Positions 43,584-55,188 of a stretch of DNA of 64,000 nucleotides are shown here, piece after piece (within the stretch, counting starts at the first letter, position 1; each line of letters opens with the position of its first letter). A program made the position numbers and the translations under genes. Origin of the DNA: an uncultured Methanoregulaceae archaeon (lineage in GTDB: Archaea > Halobacteriota > Methanomicrobia > Methanomicrobiales > Methanospirillaceae); NCBI GenBank assembly GCA_963705255.1, contig OY970061.1, positions 1,696,001 through 1,760,000 on the forward strand. The letters are read 5' to 3'. The notes under the pieces are model-generated. The model saw nothing but the letters and a program-made list of their open reading frames with translations. It had not been told where the DNA came from and did no database searches.

Positions 43584-44981
43584 ATGAACTTCAGCCTTCG
43601 TTCGCTTACCAGCGGTTACTTGATCGCTGTTGTCCTGATAGCGATGATGGCATTTGTCGTACCGGTATCGGCCGATAAGAATCAGACGCCGATCATTCCT
43701 GACTCCGGAAAATTTCCCCTCCCGTCGCCAGTCCCGGCTATCGTACCCGTATGGACCTCTCCGGTTTCGTTGAACGACAGCGTTTATCCAAACGAGAGGC
43801 CTCTTTCAATTTCCGATGGTGGCGACTCGTTGGTAGGGTCATCAGATCATACCATCGATTACCTTGACCGGAATGGCACGATACTCTGGAACTATCATAG
43901 TCTAAAGGATATCCGGAATGTCATGATATCCGGCGATGGGTCCACGGTTGTCGCAGGATTCTGGGATAATTCGTTGTTGGTTTTCGACCGGAACGGCAAT
44001 CAAACCCTGAATATTCAATTTGATACCTGGATTCCGGCGATTGCGGTATCGGAAGATGGGCGTTACATCGTCGTTGGGGAAATGAATCGGACTCTTTCCG
44101 GGGGTCGTATTTCATATTTCGATCATGGCAATCCCGTTCTCTGGAATTACACAACTCCTGTTCCTATCGTGAGTATCGCAGTATCTGACGACGGGCGATA
44201 TGTGGTCGCCGGAGGATTGGGATATGATTCGTTTCTTTCCCCGGGTGATAATGATGTATACTTCATGGACAGAACCGGGCGCTTGTTGTGGGTGGACAGG
44301 ACACTCGGCGGGAATAGTGTCGCAATGACCCATGATGCGGGGTACGTCGCCGTTGCCTCTAAAGGAAGAAACCGGATAACGCTGTTTAATCGTGAGGGGA
44401 TATCCCAATGGTCCTACAAAACCGGGGCTGACATAACAGACGTGTCACTATCTTCATCGGGAGATAAACTGTCAATCGTCATCAATCCGGATCAATCACT
44501 AGGCAATCAGGAACCCTCCAAAATACTCACCTATAACCGCAGGGGCAAGCTGCTCTGGACCTGGCCGCTCGCCGGCACCAATCACGACGAGATTTCGAGC
44601 TCGGGTATCTCCGGGGACGGAAATATCGTCGCACTCGGTACCACTGGGGGAAAGATTGTCGTGCTTGATGGCAAAGGCACGGTGAACTGGACGTTTGACG
44701 CCCGGTCACGGGTTAAAAAAATCTCGCTTTCCCGGGATGGCCAGTATGTCGCAGCTACGACAGAGAATGAATTGTTCTTTTTCAACCGCAGGAACAACCA
44801 AACAATTCCTATGGTTATGATAACACCGACAGCAGTTGTTGACTTCCCAAATCAGTCTTCTACAGCGACGAAAACTCCCACAAAACCACTGCCCGCACCG
44901 CTATCGCTCTCACTCGTAACTTTTGCGATTGGGTGTGGTGGTGCAATCGCCACCATCCAAAGGAAACGGAGTGAATCCTGA
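43584..44981 (+). CDS. WD40/PQQ-like beta-propeller surface protein with C-terminal anchor
   Basis: Repeats S.DG.YVV.G...G..LW; APLS-TM-RKR. Confidence 0.85.
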   Translation: MNFSLRSLTSGYLIAVVLIAMMAFVVPVSADKNQTPIIPDSGKFPLPSPVPAIVPVWTSPVSLNDSVYPNERPLSISDGGDSLVGSSDHTIDYLDRNGTILWNYHSLKDIRNVMISGDGSTVVAGFWDNSLLVFDRNGNQTLNIQFDTWIPAIAVSEDGRYIVVGEMNRTLSGGRISYFDHGNPVLWNYTTPVPIVSIAVSDDGRYVVAGGLGYDSFLSPGDNDVYFMDRTGRLLWVDRTLGGNSVAMTHDAGYVAVASKGRNRITLFNREGISQWSYKTGADITDVSLSSSGDKLSIVINPDQSLGNQEPSKILTYNRRGKLLWTWPLAGTNHDEISSSGISGDGNIVALGTTGGKIVVLDGKGTVNWTFDARSRVKKISLSRDGQYVAATTENELFFFNRRNNQTIPMVMITPTAVVDFPNQSSTATKTPTKPLPAPLSLSLVTFAIGCGGAIATIQRKRSES

Positions 44982-45082
44982 TGAAAGTATCAGCAGATTG
45001 TCGGGATTATTGCGGGGATGGAGGGTGAACAGGAGAATCTTACATCCCTTATTCAGATTTTTAATAGGCAACTATTGTTTTC

Positions 45083-45117
45083 AAAAACTTTTATATTGTC
45101 AACATGCATACGTTGAC
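45083..45117 (+). promoter_or_regulatory. BRE/TATA promoter with a palindromic operator
   Basis: AAAAA-C-TTTTATAT followed by GTCAAC-N8-GTTGAC (45098-45117). Confidence 0.65.
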
Positions 45118-45131
45118 TTATGCTTCTGCCC

Positions 45132-45566
45132 ATGGACGAAAAACAGTTCACGTTCTGGAAGATGCGGCGCAGCGGAACCCCGAACGTCACTATCGCCAAC
45201 CTGCTGGGTATCTCCCGGCAGGCCGTGTCCAAGGCCCTCCTTGTCATGGACGGGAAGATAGAATCGGCGCTCCGCGAGATGGCGCAGGCAAACCAGATCG
45301 CAATAGAAAAGATCAACCCTGTGCGGGGAATCCTGCTCGGGCGCTCGATGCCATTCCAGACTTCGGCGATCATCTTCGTCTCCGAAAAGCACGGGATGCA
45401 GGTCTGGTACGAGCACGATGGCGACTGCGGAGCGTGCCAGCGGTACACCGAATGCATCGAGCTGCTCTGGGATTATGCAACCGAGCTTGGAATCAAAATC
45501 AGGAAGACTGCCGACCCGACGAGGATGGCTGAGGAACTTTTTGTGAAAGTGAAGGAAATTGTATGA
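45132..45566 (+). CDS. HTH regulator with C-terminal CxxC-x5-C motif
   Basis: IANLLGISRQAVSKAL; HDGDCGACQRYTEC. Confidence 0.8.
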   Translation: MDEKQFTFWKMRRSGTPNVTIANLLGISRQAVSKALLVMDGKIESALREMAQANQIAIEKINPVRGILLGRSMPFQTSAIIFVSEKHGMQVWYEHDGDCGACQRYTECIELLWDYATELGIKIRKTADPTRMAEELFVKVKEIV

Positions 45567-46576
45567 CTGCACGTGTTTCTGAAATTATCCGGGGCTGGCT
45601 CGGCTGGTGCCCGAATGCACAGCCCCTGCGAACCACACCCCCGGTTATCGCAACTCCACCGGTCACTATTCATCCTGCACAGCCCGGTGGCGGGGCCGGG
45701 AGTCCGGGACGGATCGATCGTGGGATCAAACTCGCGACGGGAAGCATACGGATCCTGTTCCGGAACCGGGGGCTTCTCTGGTTCTCGCTCCTGGCCGGCC
45801 TTGTCATGATCTTTAGTCTCGTATCGAGCCTGTACCTCCAGTTCCTCTCCGGCACTCCGCTGTTTCCAGGGACAAACCTCGTGACCGGCCCTGCTTCCGT
45901 CCTGATCGCGAGAGGGTCGCTTCCCTGGATTGTCCTGACATTCACCATCGGGCTGATAAGTGCATTTCTCAGTTACTATCTCTTGGCAGCGCTGATCGCC
46001 TGTGTTTCGCTCATCATTTCGGGCCGGGCCGCAACCATCCGCGACGGACTGGCGCATGCCGGAAGCTGCCTGAGGCCTCTTCTCAGCTGGGCGGTGATCG
46101 GGGCACTCATCGGAACGGTGTTCTCTCTTATCATGAACCCTGCCACGACGACGCCTGGTTCGACGGGAAACGTTGCCATGATTTTCATTTCCATTCCATT
46201 CGTGGCCGTTTTCTATGTTCTTACCCTGTATGTCGTGCCGCTCCTTGTCCTTGGGAATGAAAGCCTGATCAATGCAGTCACGGGATCGTTATCCCTGTTC
46301 AGGAAGACATGGAGGGAGATGCTTGTCTGTTTCATCATCTTCTTCCTGATTGCATTTGCTGTCCTGTTGACATCCCTGGTCCCCATGATCGCGATCGGGT
46401 TCAGTGCTGCGACGGCGGGTTCCATTGTTGTTATCTATATGCTGGTGATGATCGTCCTGCTTTTTATCGGCTCGACCGTCCTGGGGATCGCCATTACCGG
46501 CCTCTACACCTATGGAAAGACAGGAACCCTGTCCGCGATGTTCGAGAGAAAACGGGTTGGGGGTGAATACCCATGA
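45563..46576 (+). CDS. Multi-TM protein with N-terminal GWCP (DUF1673-like) motif
   Basis: SEIIRGWLGWCPN; ~7 TM helices; LFRKTWRE. Confidence 0.75.
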   Translation: MTARVSEIIRGWLGWCPNAQPLRTTPPVIATPPVTIHPAQPGGGAGSPGRIDRGIKLATGSIRILFRNRGLLWFSLLAGLVMIFSLVSSLYLQFLSGTPLFPGTNLVTGPASVLIARGSLPWIVLTFTIGLISAFLSYYLLAALIACVSLIISGRAATIRDGLAHAGSCLRPLLSWAVIGALIGTVFSLIMNPATTTPGSTGNVAMIFISIPFVAVFYVLTLYVVPLLVLGNESLINAVTGSLSLFRKTWREMLVCFIIFFLIAFAVLLTSLVPMIAIGFSAATAGSIVVIYMLVMIVLLFIGSTVLGIAITGLYTYGKTGTLSAMFERKRVGGEYP

Positions 46577-47673
46577 CGACTCGCGTCTCTGAAGTAATCC
46601 GGGGCTGGCTGGGCTGGTGCCCGAACAAACCGGTTATGCGCACAGCCCCGGCGATCCTCGTAGTTCCTTCGGCCACGGTAAATCCCGCGCAACCATCCGG
46701 CGGGGCCGGAGGGTCCGACAGGATCCGGCGCGGGATCGGTATCGCCACGGGGAGTATAAAGACCCTGATCAGGGACAAACGGCTGCTCTGGTTCTCGTTC
46801 CTGGCCGGCCTCGTCATCCTCTTCCTGATCGCGGCAGAAGCATGGATCGTTGCACAGAGCGGAAGCGCCATGCCATTCCTTGTATCTATTCCACTGGGAG
46901 AATCTTTCCTGGTGTTTGATACGCGGATCTTCCTCCTGCAGGTGATCTCTCTCTCCTGCTGTACCATGATCCTGGCAGGGCTGGTCCAGTACCGGGCCCG
47001 TGAAGCCGTTGCAAAGCCCCTCACGATCCGGGAGGCATTCCCTGCGATCAGCCCCTATTCCGGCACCCTTGCAGCCCTTTCGATCGCGATGGCATTCGCC
47101 GGGACTCTTCTTACGGCAATCGCTACCCAGACCCAGATTGTCGGGAAGATCGTGTTCAGCATCTCGATGGCTGTATTCTACCTGCCCTATGCGTACTACC
47201 TCCCGGACGTATTCAGTTCGGCGCTCTACTTCTCGGCGATCATCATGGCCATAACAATCCTCCAGTTCCTGCTGGCCCTCTATGTCGTACCGGGCATCGT
47301 GCGGGAGAATAAGGGATTGCTTCCTGCTCTTGCCGGGTCCGTTGCACTCATGAGAAAGACATGGCGCGAGATGCTGGGCTGCACCCTCGTCTTCGGGGCA
47401 ATCGTTCTTGGGGTCGCTGCCATAGCGCTCGTGATCGGCCAGTCGCCCCTGCTGCTCAACCATGACTACGACTTCTTCCTCTCCCCCTCGCGCGGACAAC
47501 TGCTGATGACGGTTGTCTGTTATGGTTTCATCCTTGCCTGCGGGATCCTGATGGCGGTCGGCTCCACAGTTATGGGGATAGCGGTCACGGACCTCTATGC
47601 CTGCGGAAAGACAGGTCCGGTTCACCGTATGCCGGAAACCGATACTCCCATTGTTGCGGAGCCCGCCCGATGA
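46573..47673 (+). CDS. Paralogous multi-TM protein with N-terminal GWCP motif
   Basis: SEVIRGWLGWCPN; MRKTWRE; similar to the preceding gene. Confidence 0.75.
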   Translation: MTTRVSEVIRGWLGWCPNKPVMRTAPAILVVPSATVNPAQPSGGAGGSDRIRRGIGIATGSIKTLIRDKRLLWFSFLAGLVILFLIAAEAWIVAQSGSAMPFLVSIPLGESFLVFDTRIFLLQVISLSCCTMILAGLVQYRAREAVAKPLTIREAFPAISPYSGTLAALSIAMAFAGTLLTAIATQTQIVGKIVFSISMAVFYLPYAYYLPDVFSSALYFSAIIMAITILQFLLALYVVPGIVRENKGLLPALAGSVALMRKTWREMLGCTLVFGAIVLGVAAIALVIGQSPLLLNHDYDFFLSPSRGQLLMTVVCYGFILACGILMAVGSTVMGIAVTDLYACGKTGPVHRMPETDTPIVAEPAR

Positions 47674-48427
47674 GCCGGGTCTCTGAGGTAATCCGGGGCT
47701 GGCTCGGTCTGGTGTCCGGACAGAATAGTGGCGCCGCATTCCAGAACATTTCAGGCAGACAATCCCGTGTCCTCGATACCTATCGGCAGCCGTGGATATA
47801 CGATGCAGGACGTGACCATGGATTATGGTTCAACCGGAATGTCGATACCGCTCTTTACCGCCATCCTTACCGGCACAATTGTGGGATTGTTCGCAATCAT
47901 GAAATACGGCCTTTTTGAAACCTGGTCTCAACTTGGATTGATAATGGTGAGTATCTTCATTCTTGGTGTTGCTGTGCGGATGGTTCATCAGGATATTAAA
48001 AAAGTGATTATCGAATTTAACCCGGATGCTATCACCGTCCGGTGGCCCCTCTTCAGGCCTGTCATCATTTTAAAAGACGCGATAACAACTATCGAGGTCC
48101 GGAAAAATATCCACCATTCGCACCGGTGGCTTTCTCGTGGTGCGATTGCGATCTTTTTCGTTGGTGTCATCCCTACCATTCTGTTCAGCGGGCAATCACA
48201 GTACCTTTCTCGGGTGATTTCCCGGGTCTCTTTCACGGTTTTCGTCACATACTATCTCAGCTGTCAGCGTGTTTTTCGGGTCGCTGTTCTATCGCGGGTA
48301 TATCCGATCGCGCTATTCACAGGTGCTTGCGATATCCACGAACAACAAGAAAATCGTCGGCTTGTTTGTCGATGATCCCGGCAGGATATCGGAAATGCTG
48401 TCGAAGTGGCGTGAAGTGGGAGTCTGA
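47670..48427 (+). CDS. Third GWCP-motif membrane protein, indels near 47710 and 48260
   Basis: Removing one base gives MSRVSEVIRGWLGWCPD, joining ORF 47728. Confidence 0.65.
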
Positions 48428-48429
48428 AC

Positions 48430-49043
48430 ATGTATCTTTCGCAGACAATCCGGAAATATCTCGGCTGGTGCCCGCGAACCCACGCGCTGCCGCTACATCT
48501 TCCGGTCCTGAAAGATAATTTTTCCGAAGACACTCCGGCACAGGAAGGCGGAATCCCTGCACGTACCGGATGGTCACAGCGGTACAGGAACCAGGTACTT
48601 CTCATGGCGGTTGCTTTCACTCTGGCCGCCTTCCCGGCAGTGACTTTTTTCCAGACTAACGATCCCACGAGACTGATGATGTACATCGGTACAATCACAG
48701 GACTTGGGTTGTTTGCCTTCTTTGGGCGGTGGCTCTGGAACAGTTTCGAGATGCTGGCAAAAGGTATGACGATTCAGACCGGGCCGGGGAGTACATCATT
48801 TCGTTCTTTATCGCCGGTGCAATCCCGCTCGGTGTCGTTCTCCTCATCGGAGCATTGCTCGCACTTATCCCACTTGCAGGTGCTCTCGCGTTCCCCGCGT
48901 TTGCTACGGGATTTGCCTTCGTTCCGTGGTACGTTCTTGCGCTGATACTACTGTGGGAACGACGAACCGGGTGCACGCTGATGTTCGACAAAAAAACCCG
49001 TTCATTCACCGCAGCGAGGTGCTCCGGCAATGCATATGACTGA
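48430..49043 (+). CDS. Fourth GWCP-motif membrane protein, indel near 48790
   Basis: SQTIRKYLGWCPR; TM helices; WERRTG tail in the shifted frame. Confidence 0.7.
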
Positions 49044-49284
49044 AACCATCCGGCCCCATCAACCAGGCCGGTAAGAGTCAACTCAACAATCCATCTCATC
49101 CTTATCGCCTGTATAGTATCTGTTCCGATAACTGCCCTGCTCGTATCGGCCGTCTCATCTCCGGGAGATGCAGTCTGAGATTTTCCAAAATCCCGCGAAG
49201 TCATCAGAACCTACGACCTATACATATATATTTCAAATCCCATATTCCTTGACAGAAGAATTTTGATCTGTCTGAGAGATTTCG

Positions 49285-52200
49285 ATGAAATCGGTGCTCT
49301 ATGTTGACGACGAATCCCCACTTCTCGATCTATGCAAACTCTTTCTTGAGAGGACCGGAGATTTCACTATCGATACGCACACATCTGCACAATCAGCGCT
49401 CGAAGCACTAACAAAAACCTCCTTCGATTGTATCGTTTCCGACTACCAGATGCCCGAAATGGACGGGATCCGGTTTCTGCAGGCACTCCGTTCCCAAGGT
49501 GATACCACTCCTTTCATTATTTTTACCGGTAAAGGCAGGGAAGAGGTGGCCATACAGGCACTGAACAGCGGGGCAGATTTCTATCTCCAGAAAGGAGGTG
49601 AAGCAAAAGCGCAGTTCATCGAGCTTGCCCATATGATCACCCAGGCAGTTCGCAGAAAAAGGGGAGAGGAAGCCCTGCGGGAGAGCGAGAAGCGGTATCG
49701 CAACGTTGTCGAGAGCCAGACCGAATTTATCGTCCGGTTCCTCCCTGATGGCACGCATAAGGTTGCAAATGCCGCCTACTGCCGGTATTTCGGGAAATCC
49801 TGCGAAGAGATGATCAATTCCCGGTTTATCCCAAACATCCAGGAGAAGGATAAAGAACGGGTACGACAGCACTTTGTATCCCTCACGCCGGAAAACTCTG
49901 TTGCGACCATCGAATACCGAATCGTTATGCCAGACGGCAGCGTTCGCTGGCAGCAGTGGAGCGACCGGGCGATATTTGATGCAAACGGTACCCTGCTTGA
50001 GTATCAATCGGTGGGGCGGGATATCACTGAACGCAAACGGGCCGAAGAGGAACTGCTCCGCAAGAACGAGGAACTCCAAGCTGCGTATGAAGAAGTGACC
50101 ACTGCAGAAGAGGAACTCCGGCAAAATTATGATGAACTGGTGGCAATGGAAAAAAAGTTGCGTGAAAGCGAGCAGCGGTACCGGAATGTAGTCGAGGACC
50201 AGACCGAGCTCATCTCACGATTTCTTCCTGATGGTACGCACGTCTTCGTGAATGAGGCCTATTGCCGGTATTTCAATAAAAAGAGGGAGGAGATCCTTGG
50301 GACGAAATTTATTCCTGAGATCCCTGAGGAAGACCAGTCATTTGTCAAACAGCATTTTGCATCACTGAACCGGAATACACCGGTTGCAATGATTGAACAC
50401 CGTATTGTCATGCCGGGTGGTCAGGTACGATGGCAACGGTGGAGCGACCGGGCGATCTTCGATGCAGATGGTCAGGTAACCGATGTACCAGTCGGTCGGC
50501 CGGGACATTACCAGTCGAAAAGAAGCCGAAGAGTTGTTACTAAGGAGTGAAATACGCTATCGCAGCCTCTTTGAAGGAGTTCCCGTGGGGCTCTACCGTA
50601 CGACTCCTGCAGGACAGATCCTGGATGCCAACCCGGCACTTATGCACATACTGGATTATCCGGACCGTGAATCGCTGCTGGCGATCAGCGTTCCTGATCT
50701 GTATGCAAACCCTGAGGCTCGCAAGGAGTGGCAGGCCCGTATCGGACACGAAGGGACAGTGCGCAATTTCGAAGTGCAATTCCGCACGTGTGACGGGATC
50801 ATCATCTGGGTACGGGAAACCAGCAAGCTGAGTCCGGGATACCAGCGGCCAAATAGTGTACTACGAAGGGATCCTGGAGGATATCACCGAGCGCAAGCGA
50901 GTGGAAGAGGCGCTTTTGGGACGGGAGATCCAGCTGACCAATGCGATGAATCTCGCAAACCTTGTGAACTGGGAGTATGATATCGATTCCAGAATGTTTA
51001 CATTCGATGACCGGTTCTACGAGCTGTACGGCACTTCAGCCGAAAGGGAAGGAGGCACCCTCATGCCTGCAGACATTTATTTTCGGGAATTCGTCCACCC
51101 GGACGATTTACCGACTGTTCTTAATGTGGTACGTGCAGTACAGGAAACGATCGATTCCCAGCATACCGCACAGCTGGAGCATCGCATCATCCGCCGGGAT
51201 GGCGAAGTGCGCGACATCGTTGTCCGTCTGACAGCAATCGTGAACAACGAGGGGAGGATTGTCCGGCACTTTGGAGCAAACCAGGACATTACTGACCGGA
51301 AGCGGGCCGAAGATGCGCTCCGGGAAAGCGAGGAGAAATACCGTGCGTTCTTCACCACATCCATGGATTGCGTGTTCATCACGTCGATTGACGGGAGATG
51401 GTTAGACTTCAACGATTCAGCTGTCCGTTTCTTCGGCTATGCAAGCAGGGATGAACTGCAGAAAGTCAATGTCAGGGACCTGTATGCGAATTCACGTGAC
51501 CGGAAACGCCACCTTGCCTATATCAGAGAGAAGGGATATTCAAAAGAGTACCCGGTGAATCTGAAGAAGAAAGATGGCACGATAATCAACACGCTCATAA
51601 CGACCGTTCCGCGAAAAGACAGGGATGGCATAATCATCGGTTTCCAGGGTACGATACAGGACATCACTGAAAGTAAGCAAATCGAAGAGGAACTGCGTCG
51701 CAAGAACGAAGAACTCCACGGAGCATACGAAGAATTAACCACGACCGAGGAGGAGTTGCGGCAGAATTATGACGAACTCAGCAAAGCAGAACGGAACCTG
51801 CGCGAAAGTGAGGGGAGATACCGGGTCATTTTCGAAAATACCGGGACTGCCACGGTCCTTGTCGAAGAAAATACCATCATAAGCCTTGCCAATGCCGAAT
51901 TCGAACGTCTGTCGGGGTATTCAAAGGAGGAGATCGAGGGGAAAAAGAGCTGGACGGAATTCGTGGTGAAGGAAGATCTGGATCGGATGTCCGACCAGCA
52001 TCGCCTGAGAAGGGAGAGACGAGAGGCCGCCTTAAAGCATTACGAGTTCCGTTTCATCACAAAGTCCGGCGATATTCGCGATATCCTCCTGACTGTTGAC
52101 ATCATTCCGGATTCGAAAAGAAGTGTTGCCTCCCTGATGGATATCACCGAACCTAAATTAGCAGAAAATGATCTGAAGCGTAAAAATGAAGAGCTGAATG

Positions 52201-53329
52201 CAGCCTATGAACAGCTGACCTCCACTGAGGAGGAACTCCGCCAGAATTACGAGGCGCTGACCAGGAGTGAGCAGGCACTGCGCTCAAGCGAAGAGCGGTA
52301 TCGCTCGTTATTCAGGAATATGCTTGATGGATTTGCATATTGCAGGATGATCTTTGAAAAAGAACGTCCTGTGGATTTTACCTATCTCATCGTCAACAAC
52401 GCGTTTGAAAAATTAACAGGATTGAAGAATGTCACCGGGAAAAACGTCACGGAAGTAATTCCCGGCATTCGGGAGTCCAACCCGGAGATATTCGAGATTT
52501 ACAGCAGAGTGGCGATGACAGGCAGGCCTGAGAGGTTTGAGGTTTACCTGGAATCATTGAAAATCTGGCTGTTTGTGTCGGTCTATAGTGGAGAACGCGG
52601 ATATTTTGTTGCAGTATTTGACAATATCACCAAACGAAAGCAGGATGAGGAATCTCTCCGGCATGTGAACCGGCAACTCAACCTCTTAACCAGCATTACC
52701 CGGCACGATATCCTGAACAAGACTACCGTACTGCTCGGATATCTTGATCTGGCAAAAATGGAATCCCAGATCCCCGTCAAACTTGCCGGGATGCTGGAGA
52801 AACTCGAAACTGCCACGCGGGCGATCCAATCCCAGATTGAGTTCACCCGTGTTTACCAGAATCTCGGGACACACGAGCCTCAATGGCAGAATATCAACAG
52901 GGCCATACCGCTGGAACTCGTTCCTGATACTGTCAGGATAACTACCGATCTTCCTGCAGTCGAGGTCTATGCAGACCCGATGCTCAAAAAAGTCTTTACT
53001 AACCTGCTGGACAACTCGCTGCGCCACGGTGGAAAAGTTACGACCGTGAAGGTCCTCGGGAATAAATCCCCGGAAGGCTTCATTATATTCTGGGAGGATG
53101 ACGGGATCGGTGTTGCAGCCGGAGAAAAGAAAAGATCTTCGATCTTGGGTACGGCAAAAACACCGGGCTTGGTCTTTTCTTCGCGAGGGAGGTTCTCACC
53201 ATCACCGGTATTACCATCAGGGAAACGGGAATACCGGGAAAGGGCGCACGATTCGAGATTACCGTTCCACCGGGGAAATACCGGTTCACCGATGTCGTGC
53301 CGGCACGTAACCCGGACACCATGACCTAG
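49285..53329 (+). CDS. Large REC + multi-PAS hybrid histidine kinase, indels near 50485, 50830 and 53135
   Basis: LYVDDE, SDYQMP, ~7 PAS domains, ITRHDILN, NLLDNSLRHG, DDGIG. Confidence 0.88.
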
Positions 53330-53341
53330 GCAGGTACCGCT

Positions 53342-53962
53342 ATGGAATTTACCAAAGTTCAGATGGATGCAATGCAGGAACTCGCAAATATCGGTGCTGC
53401 TCATTCAGCCACCACGCTCTCGCAGATGCTCAATACCCAGATCGACATGAGTGTGCCAGAGATGAATGTGGTGGATATTGCAAAAGTTGGAGATTTTATC
53501 AGCGATGACCTGGCCACCATGGTCGTCTTTGAGCTTCAGGGAGATATTCCCCATGGGGGCTATTTAATCCTGCATTTTCCCCGGGATTCTGCGATCCTGA
53601 CAGCAAATATTATCCAGGGTTCCACCGGGACTAATCAGCCGTTTGGCGAGATGGATCAGAGCGCCATTCTTGAGGTGGGAAATATTATGATCTCCTCTTT
53701 CCTGAGTGCTGCCTCGGATCTCCTCGGTTTCATCATGCTGCCTTCCCCACCGATGCTCGTAGTTGATATGGCACATGCCGCAATCACATCATTGATCGCC
53801 CAGATGGCTGTCGATGTAAATGATGTAATACTGTTCCGGGTCAAGCTCACCTCCGATGAGTACCATATTGCAGGCAATATCCTTATTTTCCTTGAGCTCG
53901 CCACGCTGCGAAAAGTCGCCGCAAGGCTTGAAGATCTGACAAAACCCCCATCCATATCTTGA
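53342..53962 (+). CDS. cheC: Chemotaxis phosphatase CheC
   Basis: DAMQELANIG and SAILEVGNI motifs. Confidence 0.9.
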   Translation: MEFTKVQMDAMQELANIGAAHSATTLSQMLNTQIDMSVPEMNVVDIAKVGDFISDDLATMVVFELQGDIPHGGYLILHFPRDSAILTANIIQGSTGTNQPFGEMDQSAILEVGNIMISSFLSAASDLLGFIMLPSPPMLVVDMAHAAITSLIAQMAVDVNDVILFRVKLTSDEYHIAGNILIFLELATLRKVAARLEDLTKPPSIS

Positions 53963-54083
53963 GAGAACCAGGTTGATCCGTTTGCCTTGGTTGAGTAATC
54001 CGCTTTCGTTGCGATAGCCCCGTTTCCCCCATCCAGACTCCTCCATCTCACTTGTTAACTACTGAAATACGTCATGTACCTGT

Positions 54084-54636
54084 ATGCAGGGCAGCCCCGA
54101 GGATTACCGAAAATATCGTTGCTTCAGTAAAGGTAGCCGATCATTTGGATCTCTCCGTGCTTGCCTCACATATCAAGGATGCGGAATACAACAAGAAACG
54201 GTTCCCCGGCGTTGTGATCAGGATGAAAGATCCCAAGATTGCCGCGTTGGTCTTTGGATCTGGAAAAGTTGTGCTCACCGGTGCAAGGAGTATCGACAGT
54301 CTCTCGACCGGATTAACCATTCTCGGCGACCTGCTTCGCAACCTTGGCATCGACATTCCGGGAAAACTTTCCTCCACGATCCAGAACATTGTCACTTCTG
54401 CAGACCTTGGAACGGCAATCAATCTCAACAAGATCGCGGTCGGTTTCGATCTTGACCGGATCGAATACGAGCCCGAACAGTTCCCCGGTCTTGTCTACCG
54501 GTTGGAAAACCCCAACGTTGTTGTTCTTCTCTTTGGTTCGGGAAAATTGATCATCACCGGTGGCAGGGAGCCGGAAGATGCGAAAAAAGCGGTCGATAAG
54601 ATAATCTCGGACCTTCGCGGTATTGGTTTGATGTGA
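54084..54636 (+). CDS. tbp: TATA-box binding protein paralogue, start region frameshifted near 54108
   Basis: ENIVAS, YNKKRFPG, FGSGKVVLTG, QNIVTS, YEPEQFPGLVYR. Confidence 0.93.
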
Positions 54637-54930
54637 ATAGTTTAATGCTCTTTTATGATTTTTGTAAATTTATCTCTATGAAGAAGTCATACCAGGACGA
54701 TGAAGTGGGTGAAAAGCAACTGCAAATATTGTCTTCAAGGTCTTCTGTATTTGCCACATCAGGTTTTATCCTTGCGGCTCCGGGTCCCGGGATCCCCCTC
54801 TGGTAGGGAAAATATATATCTGGATATAGAGTACCCTATTGCCCCTCAGCCAGACCCGCTCCCTCAGAGGAGTGTTTTTCTTGCTGCAGTATTCGCCGAG
54901 AGGGCAATTTCAAAAATCGGGGGAACTGTA

Positions 54931-55188
54931 ATGCAGTTTGTACTATGGTTCAGGTGGCAGCCTGAAAAAACCCGGGAATTACTCGAGCTCTGGAAGGAGT
55001 TTAAGTATCCCAAGGAGGTTACATTGATCCAGCGGTATATCATTATCGGCCGGCACACCTCCTTTGCGGTGTTTGATGCACCGGATGTGGAATCTATCAT
55101 GAAGATCACTGCTCCATTCAGTCCGTTCGGGGTTGCGAAGATAGCCCCGATCATGCCGCTGGAAAAGGCAATCGCAATGGAACTCTAA
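54931..55188 (+). CDS. DUF3303-like small protein
   Basis: MQFVLWFRWQPE...IAPIM pattern; 85 aa. Confidence 0.7.
   Translation: MQFVLWFRWQPEKTRELLELWKEFKYPKEVTLIQRYIIIGRHTSFAVFDAPDVESIMKITAPFSPFGVAKIAPIMPLEKAIAMEL

Noticed and set aside
49680-50520. Direct DNA repeats and repeated NEEL..AYE.L...EEELRQNY coils
   Set aside because: Ordinary PAS/coiled-coil duplications within a kinase
10267-53329. Programmed frameshifting or mass pseudogenisation
   Set aside because: Indels have no common slippery site and hit essential genes; sequencing error is more parsimonious
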